From Macrostomum lignano (lineage: Eukaryota): 58,079 bases of DNA. This document shows positions 11,529 to 22,635 of the stretch, in pieces (the stretch's first letter is position 1; each line of letters starts with the position of its first letter). The notes beneath the pieces are model-generated. The model was not told where the DNA came from. It saw nothing but the letters and a program-made list of their open reading frames with translations, and made no database searches. The stretch covers positions 1 to 58,079 of the forward strand of contig NIVC01001895.1 in NCBI GenBank assembly GCA_002269645.1. Direction: 5' to 3'. Both the position numbers and the translations under genes were made by a program.

Positions 11529-11904
11529 TATTACCATTATATTATCCCGCTGTACAAACAGAAGTCAATATTGAACTAAAAATCCATTTTAACTTACATA
11601 TTTGTCATCGCATAAATCCTCCATACACTTAAATTTGTATTTTTGACTATATATTCTTAAAGCGGAATTCAATTCGAAGGTTTTTCTCCATCTCCATAGC
11701 CTGTGGTCGTTTGACGTGTCTATATTATGAACGATTTTATATTGATTCTTGTTTATCGCGCAAACCATGTGACTTTATGTCCTCATGTCGTTTATCATAA
11801 GCAAAATTAAGAAATGTTAAAGCGCTTTGTTGAATAAATATTTGAGCCTACTTCTAGCGATTTCGACGCTTTGTAACGATAAAGAATTCTGCTTATGAGC
11901 TATG

Positions 11905-12420
11905 CGCCAGCACCTGCTGAAATGTAATGAAATAATAAATCGAGACAAATCTTAGCCTGTGGAAGCTCACGGTTGCTGTTTAGCAGCTATAAAGTACACT
12001 GCATCAAACTCGAACCCCGTTTTACGCTTGCATCTACGAGCTCTGCCCATTAAATTTTATTTAAACAAAACTTCATAGCCAAGAGCTATAGCTGGCTGAA
12101 AAGCTAGAGAATGGCGAGTGGGCAAAGACCTGAGACCAAAATAAAACATGCTGGCAGGGCATACCATATGCTGTATATGGACTCAGTACGAGGAAGGGTT
12201 TTACTGCTTGAGGTAGTGCCCGAAAGTCTTCTCACTCTTCTGGAGACAGCAGGAGTCTCAGAGCGAGACAACTCGATTGTTCGTCAAATCTGCTGGATAA
12301 TATAGCCTACGAGCTCTCTCAGACAAAACTGCATACCGCGCCACTCAAGCCCTTGCCAGAACACCTCATCGACCCACGACACCCCGCGACTTAACAAAAT
12401 GTACCGCCAAATGCAGAGAC
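11905..12420 (+). repeat. Diverged duplicate of 13447-14045 (non-coding block)
   Basis: Colinear shared words: GCCAGCACCT, ATCTTAGCCTGT, CACTGCATCAAACTCGAA, AGAGAATGGCGAGTG, TGCCCGAAAGTCT, CTCATCGACCCAC and CGCGACTTAACAAAA. Confidence 0.8.
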
Positions 12421-13269
12421 TATATGCACAGCTTCGAGAATTAATAAACGAACAATCTTGAAACAACTTGACGTCTAAACGTTGCAAAAAATTTTTTTGT
12501 CATCTATCGCTCATTTCTCTTGCACAATTATTTTGAAAGCCTAACAGCAGGTCTACAAATGGTCTTGTTGATTTTATCTGACATCACAATCTTTGGCACT
12601 AGCCAAAGAGCCCTGCTGCTTCCAGTTAAAAAGGTTGCTGTGCGAATAAACAATCTGTCAGGAATAAATGAAACTTTAATGCAACTTGATCGCTTGGTAA
12701 TTCCTCAGTATTCGAGAGCAAAAATGCTACGACGGCGCACAAGGGGTATATGAGAATGACGAAAACAGCGAAAAGATTGCCCCAGATGCGTCTGCATGGT
12801 GCCCTCGAATACCGGAAGGCGTGCAGAGCTCTTGTCTCATCCTGCTACACCTTTTTACTTTCTATTTTGAAAAAGCTGCACTCAATATTGACATATTTGC
12901 ATTCAATTTTGACAGTCTGTGGTATCGCTTGAGAAATGTTCAACCTATTTTGACAAACTCAAATGCAATAATGACGATTTTCACACCGAAAATGACAAAT
13001 TCCAACCTTTATTAACAATTTGAATTCTTATTTGATCCAGCGTGCAAGAATGCTTTGGAAGTCGCCATATGCGTGCAGAAATTCAAGTGTCTATGGTAAA
13101 AGCACCTTGAATATACATGTGCACTCCGTGCAGGAATGTCAATCGTGCAAGAATGTAATGCGCAATGTTTCTATATTTAGCATAACAGCCATAGACTACA
13201 AGCATAATCTTCTTTCCATCGTGCAAGAATGTTCAGACTAGCTACGTATGGAGAATGGTCGACAAACCC

Positions 13270-13445
13270 TCTACCGCTATAAAAGACGATGTTTCTGATC
13301 AATCTTAGGAGTCTAAAACAGCGAAAAAACACTCTTTAAATAAAAAACTGTAGCATTAGCAAACCCAGATTTATAGTTCGCAGAATTTCCTTGAAGTCTT
13401 TGCAAACGACGGACAACCGTGGCTACTACACCATGCAGCCCCACA
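13270..13445 (+). pseudogene. Rhomboid 5' stub (promoter, leader and first about 12 codons; start codon mutated to ACG)
   Basis: TATAAAAG..AAAAAACTGTAGCATTAGC..ATTTCCTTGAAGTCTT..ACGGACAACCGTGGCTACTACACCATGCAGCCCCA matches 9254-9420. Confidence 0.85.
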
Positions 13446-14943
13446 CGCGCCAGCACCTAATGAAAAAACAAATCGTGACAGATCTTAGCCTGTAGAAGCT
13501 TAAGGTTGCTATTTAGCAATTAAAAAAGTGCACTGCATCAAACTCGAATCCTGTGTGCTCTCGTACCTACTAGCTCTTCCCATTAAATTTGATTTATTCT
13601 CAGAGTTTCTACCGACAAAAGGCTCTCCAAGCGCACTCATTTCTTATTTTCATTATTTTCATTTAAGCAATACATTCGTAGCCAAAAGGCTAAGAGCTAT
13701 AGCCAGCTAAAAAGCTAAGAGAATGGCGAGTGTGCACAGACCCCAGGCCAAAATGTGCTTACAGGGCAGACCTGTTGCTGTGTATTGTGACTAATACATA
13801 TTTCTCCACAAGTGGGTAGCCCTGAGCTCGGGAGTAGACTCATGCAGTATGCGGAAAGGTTTTGCAACTTGAGGCAAATGCCCGAAAGTCTGCCCACTCT
13901 TCTAGAACGAGCCAACTGGATTGTTCGTAAAACCGCTGCTAGTTTAGCAATGCGACCCTCGGACACAACTCTGTGTACCGCGCCACCCAGCCATTGCTAG
14001 AGCACTCTCATCGACCCACTACGCCCGCGACTTAACAAAAATGTCATGCAAGACGCAAAGTATGCAGCAACCCCGAGTAGAAATGTACGCGAAATTCCTT
14101 ATGTATGATTGTACATTATTTGACGTTATTTGGGTTATAGTCGCATTTGACTTCCTATATTAATCAATTCCGTTTAAGCAGGTACGTTTGCATTTATTGT
14201 AGGAGCGGTAATTGTCGAGATTTACCTGGTCAATCTATTGAACAATGGCTAAGCATGCGATTCGTCTTCACGAGGTTGAAATGAAAGGCTTCAGAAGCAA
14301 AATTCAATAAAACGATGAAGCTAATCTTTACATACATTATACACTTCACAAGCGAATGTAGCGAACATATCGCTAGTGATCAGTAAATAGAAGAACAATG
14401 CATAACATGATAAAAGAGGATATAAACTAATGAAATGCATCGCAACCTCCTCAGAAGTTTCCAGTAGCTACAAAGTCAATTATACGTACCACTGCATAAA
14501 ATTAAAGCAAAGCCGAAGATGCGTAAACCCATTGCTACAAGTCAAAATGCCGATAAAGTATTGAGTTGAAGCGCAGGCTTATAATACTCGGTAAATATTT
14601 TATTTTTGCCGCTTCACAAAAGATTTCAGGCAAATAAAATGATATTCTTAGCACACAGCTAGCCAAGCGTGTTACAGCATTCAATTACGAAAGGCGTTGG
14701 TAAAGACCTACATTTACTACAGGCTGCAAATGCAAAACGCTCATTCGGCAGAAGTAGAGGGCGTGAAGCAAAGCATGCTTCTAGCATGAGCGAATTGGCT
14801 GCCAGGGAATGGGGGAGGGCTTCGTGACTTGCTTTGTTGCACTCAATGGTATACAAATGTTGGGCAGAAACGAACTGAGTCAGCTCACTGAACACTTGAG
14901 CAAAGAAAGTCCAACAGAAAATTGGAAAACTGACCGAACAGAG

Positions 14944-16566
14944 ATGGACAATCGCGGCTACTACACGATGCAGCCCCAGGCTCAGCAGTCCAACCAGTCC
15001 CAAAGTTACCAGTCCCAGACGCAGCAGAGAGTCGCCACAACCACATCGTCCGGCCAGCGGCAGCTCCAGTATGGCTACTCTGTCCCGGAAGTTCGGGTGG
15101 AGCTGGACACCCGCCAGCAGTATCCTGCCTCTACCGGACGATACGAATACTCGCAAAGTATCGGCGGCGGGACCGCAGCCAACGGAAACGGAACAAGCCA
15201 CTCGCTCAAGGCCCAGTTCGCGAACCAGCAGTTCGAGATGCAGCATCCGACTGTCACTGCGTCGAACACAAACAGAAACTTCCTCAGCGTCTCCGGACAC
15301 GACAAGCCTGACGGAGGTCACGGAGGCGGAAGTGCCGCAATCAGTGTGTGCGCTTCATCGAACTGCGACAACTCTGAGCACATGAACGAAGACCAGTACA
15401 GAGAGTGGCTCACCAAGAACTTTAAGTACCGCTTCGATCCGTACGTGACTGCTGGAGGCATGCCGCTCAAGGAGTTCATGGAGATGGCAGAGTCTGTCAA
15501 CTTTAACCGGTCTCGAAACCTTCAGGGACTGTTTAAGAGGCTGGACAAGGACGGAAACCAACGAGTGTCTTGGGACGAGTTCTTTAACGGAATGAAGTAC
15601 ACGAAAAAGTCGGAGGTGTCTCGATCGAAGAGAGTCATCAACTCGTTCATCGAGAGCATGACGCCTGCAGCGCAGAAGAAGCTTCGCAAAGAGAAGATCG
15701 AGGCAGCTCAAGCCGGAGAGCCGATCCCGGAAGAGAGCTACCTTGAGGCGTACAACTGCAGGCCGCCGCCGCTCTTCATTCCGCTGTTCTATGTAGCCGT
15801 TTGGATCTTCTTCATCATCTACACGGTTGAGCTGTCCAAGGGACCCGAGTGGAACAAGGTGGGATGGGAAAAAGGATTCCCGTACTACAGCCCGCTGGTC
15901 TTCTGTCCGAGTCTCCGACAAGAAGCTTGGCGCTTCGTGTCCTACATGTTCCTGCACAATGGCTACCACCACGTCTTCTTCAACACGATCCTGTCGTTCC
16001 TTCTAGGTGTGCCTCTTGAGACTGTTCACAAGGCTTGGCGTGTTGCACCAGTCTTCTTCATCGGCGTCATTATTGGTGCCATGGCCAGCAGCATCGCAGA
16101 CCATAACACAATGCTGATCGGAGCCTCCGGTGGGGTGTACGCTTTGTTCGGAGCCCACTATGCCACAGTGCTCATGAACTGGGAGGAGCTGCAGGATGAC
16201 TGGCTGGATATCAGAGCAAATCCGCTGAAATTCCTTCTGAGTGGGATCATGCGCCTTGTCTATCTGACCCTCTTGCTCATCCTGGACTTTGGCATCAGTT
16301 TCTATGGACGCTACTCCGGAACTCAAACCCTCCCTGTGAGCGTTGCTGCTCACGTCGGAGGCCTGCTGGCTGGGTTCTTTGCTGGAGTTCCCATTCTACG
16401 AAACATCGACAAGAAACCGTGGGAGAGCAAGGTATCGATCGTGTGCTGGGTTGTGCTGGCTTGCATGTTTCTTTTCGGTGTGTTCTGGAACATTTTCTAC
16501 AAGAACTACCCAGCAGCTGACAGCATCGTCTGCTCCAACACAGCGCTGGCCGACTCGATAGGATAA
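14944..16566 (+). CDS. Intronless EF-hand rhomboid protease, copy 2, 540 aa
   Basis: Colinear with copy 1 (offset 5558) with the same catalytic motifs. The ATG at 14944 is chosen by homology instead of 14809. Confidence 0.95.
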   Translation: MDNRGYYTMQPQAQQSNQSQSYQSQTQQRVATTTSSGQRQLQYGYSVPEVRVELDTRQQYPASTGRYEYSQSIGGGTAANGNGTSHSLKAQFANQQFEMQHPTVTASNTNRNFLSVSGHDKPDGGHGGGSAAISVCASSNCDNSEHMNEDQYREWLTKNFKYRFDPYVTAGGMPLKEFMEMAESVNFNRSRNLQGLFKRLDKDGNQRVSWDEFFNGMKYTKKSEVSRSKRVINSFIESMTPAAQKKLRKEKIEAAQAGEPIPEESYLEAYNCRPPPLFIPLFYVAVWIFFIIYTVELSKGPEWNKVGWEKGFPYYSPLVFCPSLRQEAWRFVSYMFLHNGYHHVFFNTILSFLLGVPLETVHKAWRVAPVFFIGVIIGAMASSIADHNTMLIGASGGVYALFGAHYATVLMNWEELQDDWLDIRANPLKFLLSGIMRLVYLTLLLILDFGISFYGRYSGTQTLPVSVAAHVGGLLAGFFAGVPILRNIDKKPWESKVSIVCWVVLACMFLFGVFWNIFYKNYPAADSIVCSNTALADSIG

Positions 16567-16906
16567 GAGTTTGAGGTGAAACTGACAGTCAATTTGCCAC
16601 ATCTGTTTTTTTTTTACTTTTTGCTTCCAAAAAAATGTTTTTTGTCAGTTTTCATCAGTTTTCTAAGTAGATATCAATAACATGTACACTTTTGCTGTAA
16701 GTAGCTATCTAATGATCGAGGTACCTCGTGTACCATATTATAGATTGTAATCTAAGCAAATATTTCCTCGTCAGAATCATCTCGGCTGACGTAAACTGCT
16801 TTTACCTGGTGTAAATTTTCGTATAATTTCTGCCAAAATTTTCTCATTTCCCTACGAGCGCATTACTAGGAAGCCTTAGCTATCGCTTTTAGCAACTTTC
16901 CAGTTC

Positions 16907-17814
16907 TGGTGCTTGACTGGGTGCTGCGGACTGCTCTTCCTACCGACGACGACGGTTTTCTGCTGCAGCGACGCGTGGGTCGACGTCAACCGGAGAAGCG
17001 GCTCAGCGTGCTTGGCTACGCCGACGACCTCGCCCTGCTGTCCTCGACCGTCGAGGGCGCCCAACGGCAGCTGGACAGGCTGGTTGCCGTTGCGGCGAGT
17101 GTCGGCCTGGTGGTCAACACGCAGAAGACCGTTGTGCTCTGCGTGCCGGACGACATCGAGGCTGCAATATTTTGCCGAGGCGCTGACGGGCAGGCGACCG
17201 AACTCCCGCGATGTCAGCAGTTCGTCTACCTCGGCGGTCTGGTTCCAGACGCTCGCGAGGACCTGCGACGCCGCCGCGGGCTTGCCTGGGCTGCCTTTCG
17301 TTCTGTGAGGGCAGTCCTGCAGTCCGAGGCCCTACCGGACCGCCAGAGGGCGGCGCTGTTCCAGGCGGTAATCGAGACCGTCCTGCTGTACAACGCCGAG
17401 ACCTGGACGCTGACGGACTCACTCGAACAGCAAGTCGATGCGGCGCACGCTGGTCTGCTGCGCGCCGCCTTCAACATCGGCGTCGAGCGAGTCACCAACG
17501 CGGCACTCTATCGCCGCGCTGGCCTGCCACGTCCAAGTGATCTACTGCGCCGTCGGCGACTCCAGCTCGCAGGCCATCTCATCCGCGCCGAGTCGTACTG
17601 CCCACAGCCGGTGCAGGAGGTGCTGCTGCTCACGCTGCAGGCACCCTACCGGCGAGGTCAAGCGCGAACTCGGCGTTATGTCGACTGTCTGCTGGCTGAC
17701 GCCGGCGCCCCGGACACTGCCGGTGGCGCGGCCTTTGTTCGCGCCCAAGCCATGAAGCGCGCCCTGTGACGCTGACTTTTACCATCATGACAGCGTATTT
17801 TGTTGTTGTTGTTG
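16907..17814 (+). mobile_element. 5'-truncated RTE-like LINE, RT C-terminal part still in frame
   Basis: LGYADDLALLS (YADD), GLVVNTQKTVV, FVYLGG, DLRRRRGLAWAAF. Short 3' UTR with (TTG)n tail. Candidate 7-bp TSD CCAGTTC (16900-16906 and 17815-17821). Confidence 0.9.
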
Positions 17815-18110
17815 CCAGTTCAATTTTTTTCAGTAAAAATTTGGGGAAGTTGTCTGAAAAGCCGTACAAGCTTAAAAATTGTGTCTTACTTATAATTCCT
17901 AACTACTTTTCCTCATGATATTGTTGCGTCACTGTAACCAGCAGGCCTGTCTTGTTATTAACATCGAATAAAAAAGTTCATTTTCGTCTTCATCTTCGAT
18001 CAGTTTATTTTTACTTGGTAGATTCTGCTCTATAGCTATCCGATTAAAAAATTTACAGATTATGGAATATCTTATGGAGCTTCATTTAATGCTGGGTGGC
18101 GCCCCTTGGT

Positions 18111-18468
18111 GCTAAAGCCCCTTGGTGCTAAAGCCCCTTGGTGCTAAAGCCCCTTGGTGCTAAAGCCCCTTGGTGCTAAAGCCCCTTGGTGCTAAAGCCC
18201 CTTGGTGCTAAAGCCCCTTGGTGCTAAAGCCCCTTGGTGCTAAAGCCCCTTGGTGCTAAAGCCCCTTGGTGCTAAAGCCCTTGGTGCTAAAGCCCCTTGG
18301 TGCTAAAGCCCCTTGGTGCTAAAGCCCCTTGGTGCTAAAGCCCCTTGGTGCTAAAGCCCCTTGGTGCTAAAGCCCCTTGGTGCTAAAGCCCCTTGGTGCT
18401 AAAGCCCCTTGGTGCTAAAGCCCCTTGGTGCTAAAGCCCCTTGGTGCTAAAGCCCCTTGGTGCCCCCT
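18111..18468. repeat. 16-bp minisatellite (CCCCTTGGTGCTAAAG), about 22 copies
   Basis: Directly visible, near-perfect units. Confidence 0.97.
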
Positions 18469-19611
18469 GAACTTTTTAAAAGTGCCTAAAACTGACTAAC
18501 TACCTATACGAAATATGATGGAATGTCCCGCACTGGTTCATGTGCAAACGTAGAAAAGTGTAGCTCGAATATGGCAGAGAATTAATTGAATTACGATTCA
18601 TAATGGTTGCAGTATGTGAATGATAATTGGTGAATCATTTCCTATAGCTACTGAAATAATGACTAGCTTTCCTGCGCAGCTGTCACCTGCAACTATAATT
18701 AAATCAGTTTCTTTAATTGGCCACCTGGTCTGCTGGGGCAAGCTCATTAAATTCTCAATTATTAGTACGCTTTAATTAATATGGTCCTCAGCCATATATG
18801 CCAATAGTTTGTGCATGGCTCGTGAATTCAATAAATCATTGCCCACTCTAATCTGCGGTTTTAGTGCGTGTCACCCAATCGTCAGCGTTCTCGAGCAGTG
18901 TTGTCACGAATAAGCGATATTTTTCCTGCTCTCTGCTTATAGAAGCAAGCAGCATTGCTTACTGCAATCTGCCCCGGATCAGCTCATGCTTATATTATTT
19001 CGATAAAAAACCCTATAATTAATCGCTTGAGACCAAGAAATCGTTAGGCTGTAAAAATCTGTCCAATTTTTTTAAAAAATCCCTCTGAGCAACCAGTCTG
19101 AACGTTACTCAGTTTTTTGAGTAGAAATCTCTACAACACACTGGTGTCTTGCAGAGGGTTAGGACCGTACTAAGATTTTGAGGTCATCTCTGTGCTAGCT
19201 GAAAGCAATACGTATTGTGCTATATTTAGATATCTCCCTGTGTTTGTCCGAAGTGTGGTGGCTCGCCCTTATAGGTGTGTGCCAGTTCTAGTTGGTAAAT
19301 ATAGCATACAGCATACGATACATAATTCAATTATAATACAAACCAAGTATATGGCAAAGTTAGCAGAAACGCAGCAGCCCACCTCTCTGTTTGACAATTG
19401 AGAGAGACGACAGCGAATAATAGAAGTATGGTTAAGCAAACCCCCACCAGTGGGGCGAAATGAAATTCATGGACGATTTCCCGAACGAGAGTCTAAAGTT
19501 ACCCATCGGACCCTCTGCCCCAGACACCCTCCCCCTCGGTCCAGGCTAAATTGAAATGTCTTGTCTTGTCGTTAATTGAAAAATTTCAAACGTGGTTTCA
19601 TTTCTGCGCCG

Positions 19612-20595
19612 AGACTGTCTATGGTTGAAAAACGTTTAGCTATGCGCTTGTATGCTTTGTGGCGATTTAGGGCTCAGCAGAGACTGTCTATGGTTGAAAA
19701 ACGTTTAGCTATGCGCTTGTATGCTTTGTGGCGATTTAGGGCTCAGCAGAGACTGTCTATGGTTGAAAAACGTTTAGCTATGCGCTTGTATGCTTTGTGG
19801 CGATTTAGGGCTCAGCAGAGACTGTCTATGGTTGAAAAACGTTTAGCTATGCGCTTGTATGCTTTGTGGCGATTTAGGGCTCAGCAGAGACTGTCTATGG
19901 TTGAAAAACGTTTAGCTATACGCTTGTATGCTTTGTGGCGATTTAGGGCTCAGCAGAGACTGTCTATGGTTGAAAAACGTTTAGCTATACGCTTGTATGC
20001 TTTGTGGCGATTTAGGGCTCAGCAGAGACTGTCTATGGTTGAAAAACGTTTAGCTATGCGCTTGTATGCTTTGTGGCGATTTAGGGCTCAGCAGAGACTG
20101 TCTATGGTTGAAAAACGTTTAGCTATGCGCTTGTATGCTTTGTGGCAATTTAGGGCTCAGCAGAGACTGTCTATGGTTGAAAAACGTTTAGCTATACGCT
20201 TGTATGCTTTGTGGCGATTTAGGGCTCAGCAGAGACTGTCTATGGTTGAAAAACGTTTAGCTATACGCTTGTATGCTTTGTGGCGATTTAGGGCTCAGCA
20301 GAGACTGTCTATGGTTGAAAAACGTTTAGCTATGCGCTTGTATGCTTTGTGGCGATTTAGGGCTCAGCAGAGACTGTCTATGGTTGAAAAACGTTTAGCT
20401 ATGCGCTTGTATGCTTTGTGGCGATTTAGGGCTCAGCAGAGACTGTCTATGGTTGAAAAACGTTTAGCTATGCGCTTGTATGCTTTGTGGCGATTTAGGG
20501 CTCAGCAGAGACTGTCTATGGTTGAAAAACGTTTAGCTATACGCTTGTATGCTTTGTGGCAATTTAGGGCTCAGCAGAGACTGTCTATGGTTGAA
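19612..20595. repeat. 69-bp tandem repeat, about 14 near-identical copies
   Basis: Unit AGACTGTCTATGGTTGAAAAACGTTTAGCTATGCGCTTGTATGCTTTGTGGCGATTTAGGGCTCAGCAG. Confidence 0.97.
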
Positions 20596-20669
20596 AGCAT
20601 GTAGCTAGATGTTTGTGGCATCTTGATCGATCAATATTAGAGGAAGAAATTAACGGTTTAGAAATGAAT

Positions 20670-20699
20670 CAGAGAATATCGAGCGCTCGATATTCTCTG
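20670..20699. mobile_element. 30-bp perfect palindrome with 8-bp TSD; TIR-only hAT-like remnant
   Basis: CAGAGAATATCGAGC|GCTCGATATTCTCTG flanked by AAATGAAT (20662-20669 and 20700-20707). Confidence 0.65.
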
Positions 20700-21669
20700 A
20701 AATGAATGAAATTGAGTTTCTGCAGCAACTTGGTCATCGCAATCCTGGCATAAGAAGTTAATTCGATCGAAAAACAAAAAAAAATTTGTCATCTTGTTTT
20801 ACGAAAAAAGGACAATATTAATTAAGTCTCTTTTGTCAAAATTTTGAAAACAAACTGCTCTTGTCCGTTAGAACCCTTACTTTCCGTCTATATTTTAGTT
20901 AGAAGCTTCTTACTTTCTCAGTTACTTCTATATAGAAAAAAACTGAATAGACGGACAGCAAACGAAGCGATAGAGCGCCCCCAGCTCTCTCTATCTCACA
21001 TTCTATCTTCATGCTCATGATGTTGGGCTTTCGCAGCCTGAAAATGTCTCACAATAATAAACAACTTGGACAGACGGTGCAGTGGTTAAGCTAGTTGCAT
21101 ATCCAACTTTAAAGGCTACGCCTGGATAAATAGTGTATGGACTAGCGATCTGCGCCCCCCTCTGGGGAGGCAAAAAAAGAAAGGAATAAAGATTTTTGAA
21201 TCGACTACATGTAGGTTTTGACTTTGTGGAGTCACACTATTGTGAAGTAAATTTACTAAGGAAGATGGTGTTTAAAGCAAAACAGCATTAGACCGAAAGC
21301 CAGCTATCGAATCTTAGATATCAGATCCTCCTCTCAGAGCTTTGTCTCCAAGGATCTGAGCAACCCCAGAAGCCCTCTAGCATTTAAAAACTTCAGGCAA
21401 AATATGGAGATCAAGGCAGTTAAGTGTCGGCCAAATGGACGAAGATGGCGGCTGACTCTTTCGAAGATTTCTCGCCCATAAAGAAATATAGATATTTTGA
21501 TCTCCAAGCCTACTTGGAGATTGAGTATAATATTAATTGAGTATGTCAGCTCCTGATAAACGCATACAGCGATGGACAACTGTGCATGGATACTATACAC
21601 GGTGCAGTCTAAGGGTTGTTCTGATATTGTGAAGCTTTGAATTTCTATTGACAATAATAGCGGAAAAAT

Positions 21670-22105
21670 CCATGGCTAGCAGCATCGCAGACCACAACAC
21701 CATGCTGATCGGAGCCTCCGGTGGGGTGTACGCTTTGTTCGGAGCCCACTATGCCACAGTGCTCATGAACTGGGAGGAGCTGCAGGATGACTGGCTGGAT
21801 ATCAGAGCAAATCCGTTGAAATTCCTTCTGAGTGGGATCATGCGCCTTGTCTATCTGACCCTCTTGCTCATCCTGGACTTTGGCATCAGTTTCTATGGAC
21901 GCTACTCCGGAACTCAAACCCTCCCTGTGAGCGTTGCTGCTCACGTCGGAGGCCTGCTGGCTGGGTTCTTTGCTGGAGTTCCCATTCTACGAAACATCGA
22001 CAAGAAACCGTGGGAGAGCAAGGTATCGATCGTGTGCTGGGTTGTGCTGGCTTGCATGTTTCTTTTCGGCGTGTTCTGGAACATTTTCTACAAGAACTAC
22101 CCAGC
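21670..22105 (+). pseudogene. Rhomboid 3' fragment (MASSIADH...YKNYPA), closest to copy 2
   Basis: Near-identical to 16079-16514. Shares copy-2 variants GCCACAGTG, AAGGTATCGATC and CTGGCTTGC. Lacks the N-terminal half, the L1 loop and the native C-terminus. Confidence 0.9.
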
Positions 22106-22569
22106 TAACGCAATGGGCAAACCGTTAAAAAGTTTTTCATGCTTATTTATTAGCCTTGTACTTCGTTTCATGGTCTTGATTTTTAAACATTTTTCAACTT
22201 TGAACTTCCTGCGCATTACTAGAATTCTACTTTGTCGGCCAACCTAGTGCTAGAGCTAATTTAATTAAATTCCTGGTGTGATGAAATTTTCAACTGAAGA
22301 AAGACGCCCCAAGAATCCGCCTGGATGCTGCGACCAAATTTACTAGTCGGAAATGGCATGCGGCTGTGTACTTTTCGGCCTCTATTGCCATATCCCTTTT
22401 TTAGCAATAACCATAGCCACTTCCTGACAGCTGGGACACCGGCGTAGTTGGTCGGCTAGTCAGGCTCAAGGACTCCAGTATTCAGAACTTGGACGGTTAA
22501 TTCTACTTCCTTGAAGTCCTAGATTTCTGAGTTATATTTCACTGAAATATATTCAAATTCTATGCAAGA

Positions 22570-22635
22570 ACCGTAGCCCAGTGGTCCAGTGAGGCGCTCT
22601 GATAAGCCAGCGGCCCAGGCTCGATTCCAAGTGCA
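22570..22635 (+). other. Degenerate tRNA-like or SINE head
   Basis: A-box-like TAGCCCAGTGG and B-box-like GGCTCGATTCC at tRNA-like spacing. The stems do not form a convincing cloverleaf. Confidence 0.35.

Noticed and set aside
14809-14943. 45-aa N-terminal extension of rhomboid copy 2 in the ORF track
   Set aside because: No counterpart in copy 1; homology starts at ATG 14944.
9275-16602. Antisense and alternate-frame ORFs over the rhomboid genes
   Set aside because: Shadow ORFs of GC-rich coding sequence with no recognisable motifs.
18111-20595. Regular arrays as possible CRISPR loci
   Set aside because: Units are head-to-tail with no unique spacers, there are no cas genes, and the context is eukaryotic. 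The same applies to all other arrays.
22570-22635. Functional tRNA gene
   Set aside because: A and B boxes are present but the acceptor and anticodon stems do not pair; kept only as a degenerate tRNA-like head.
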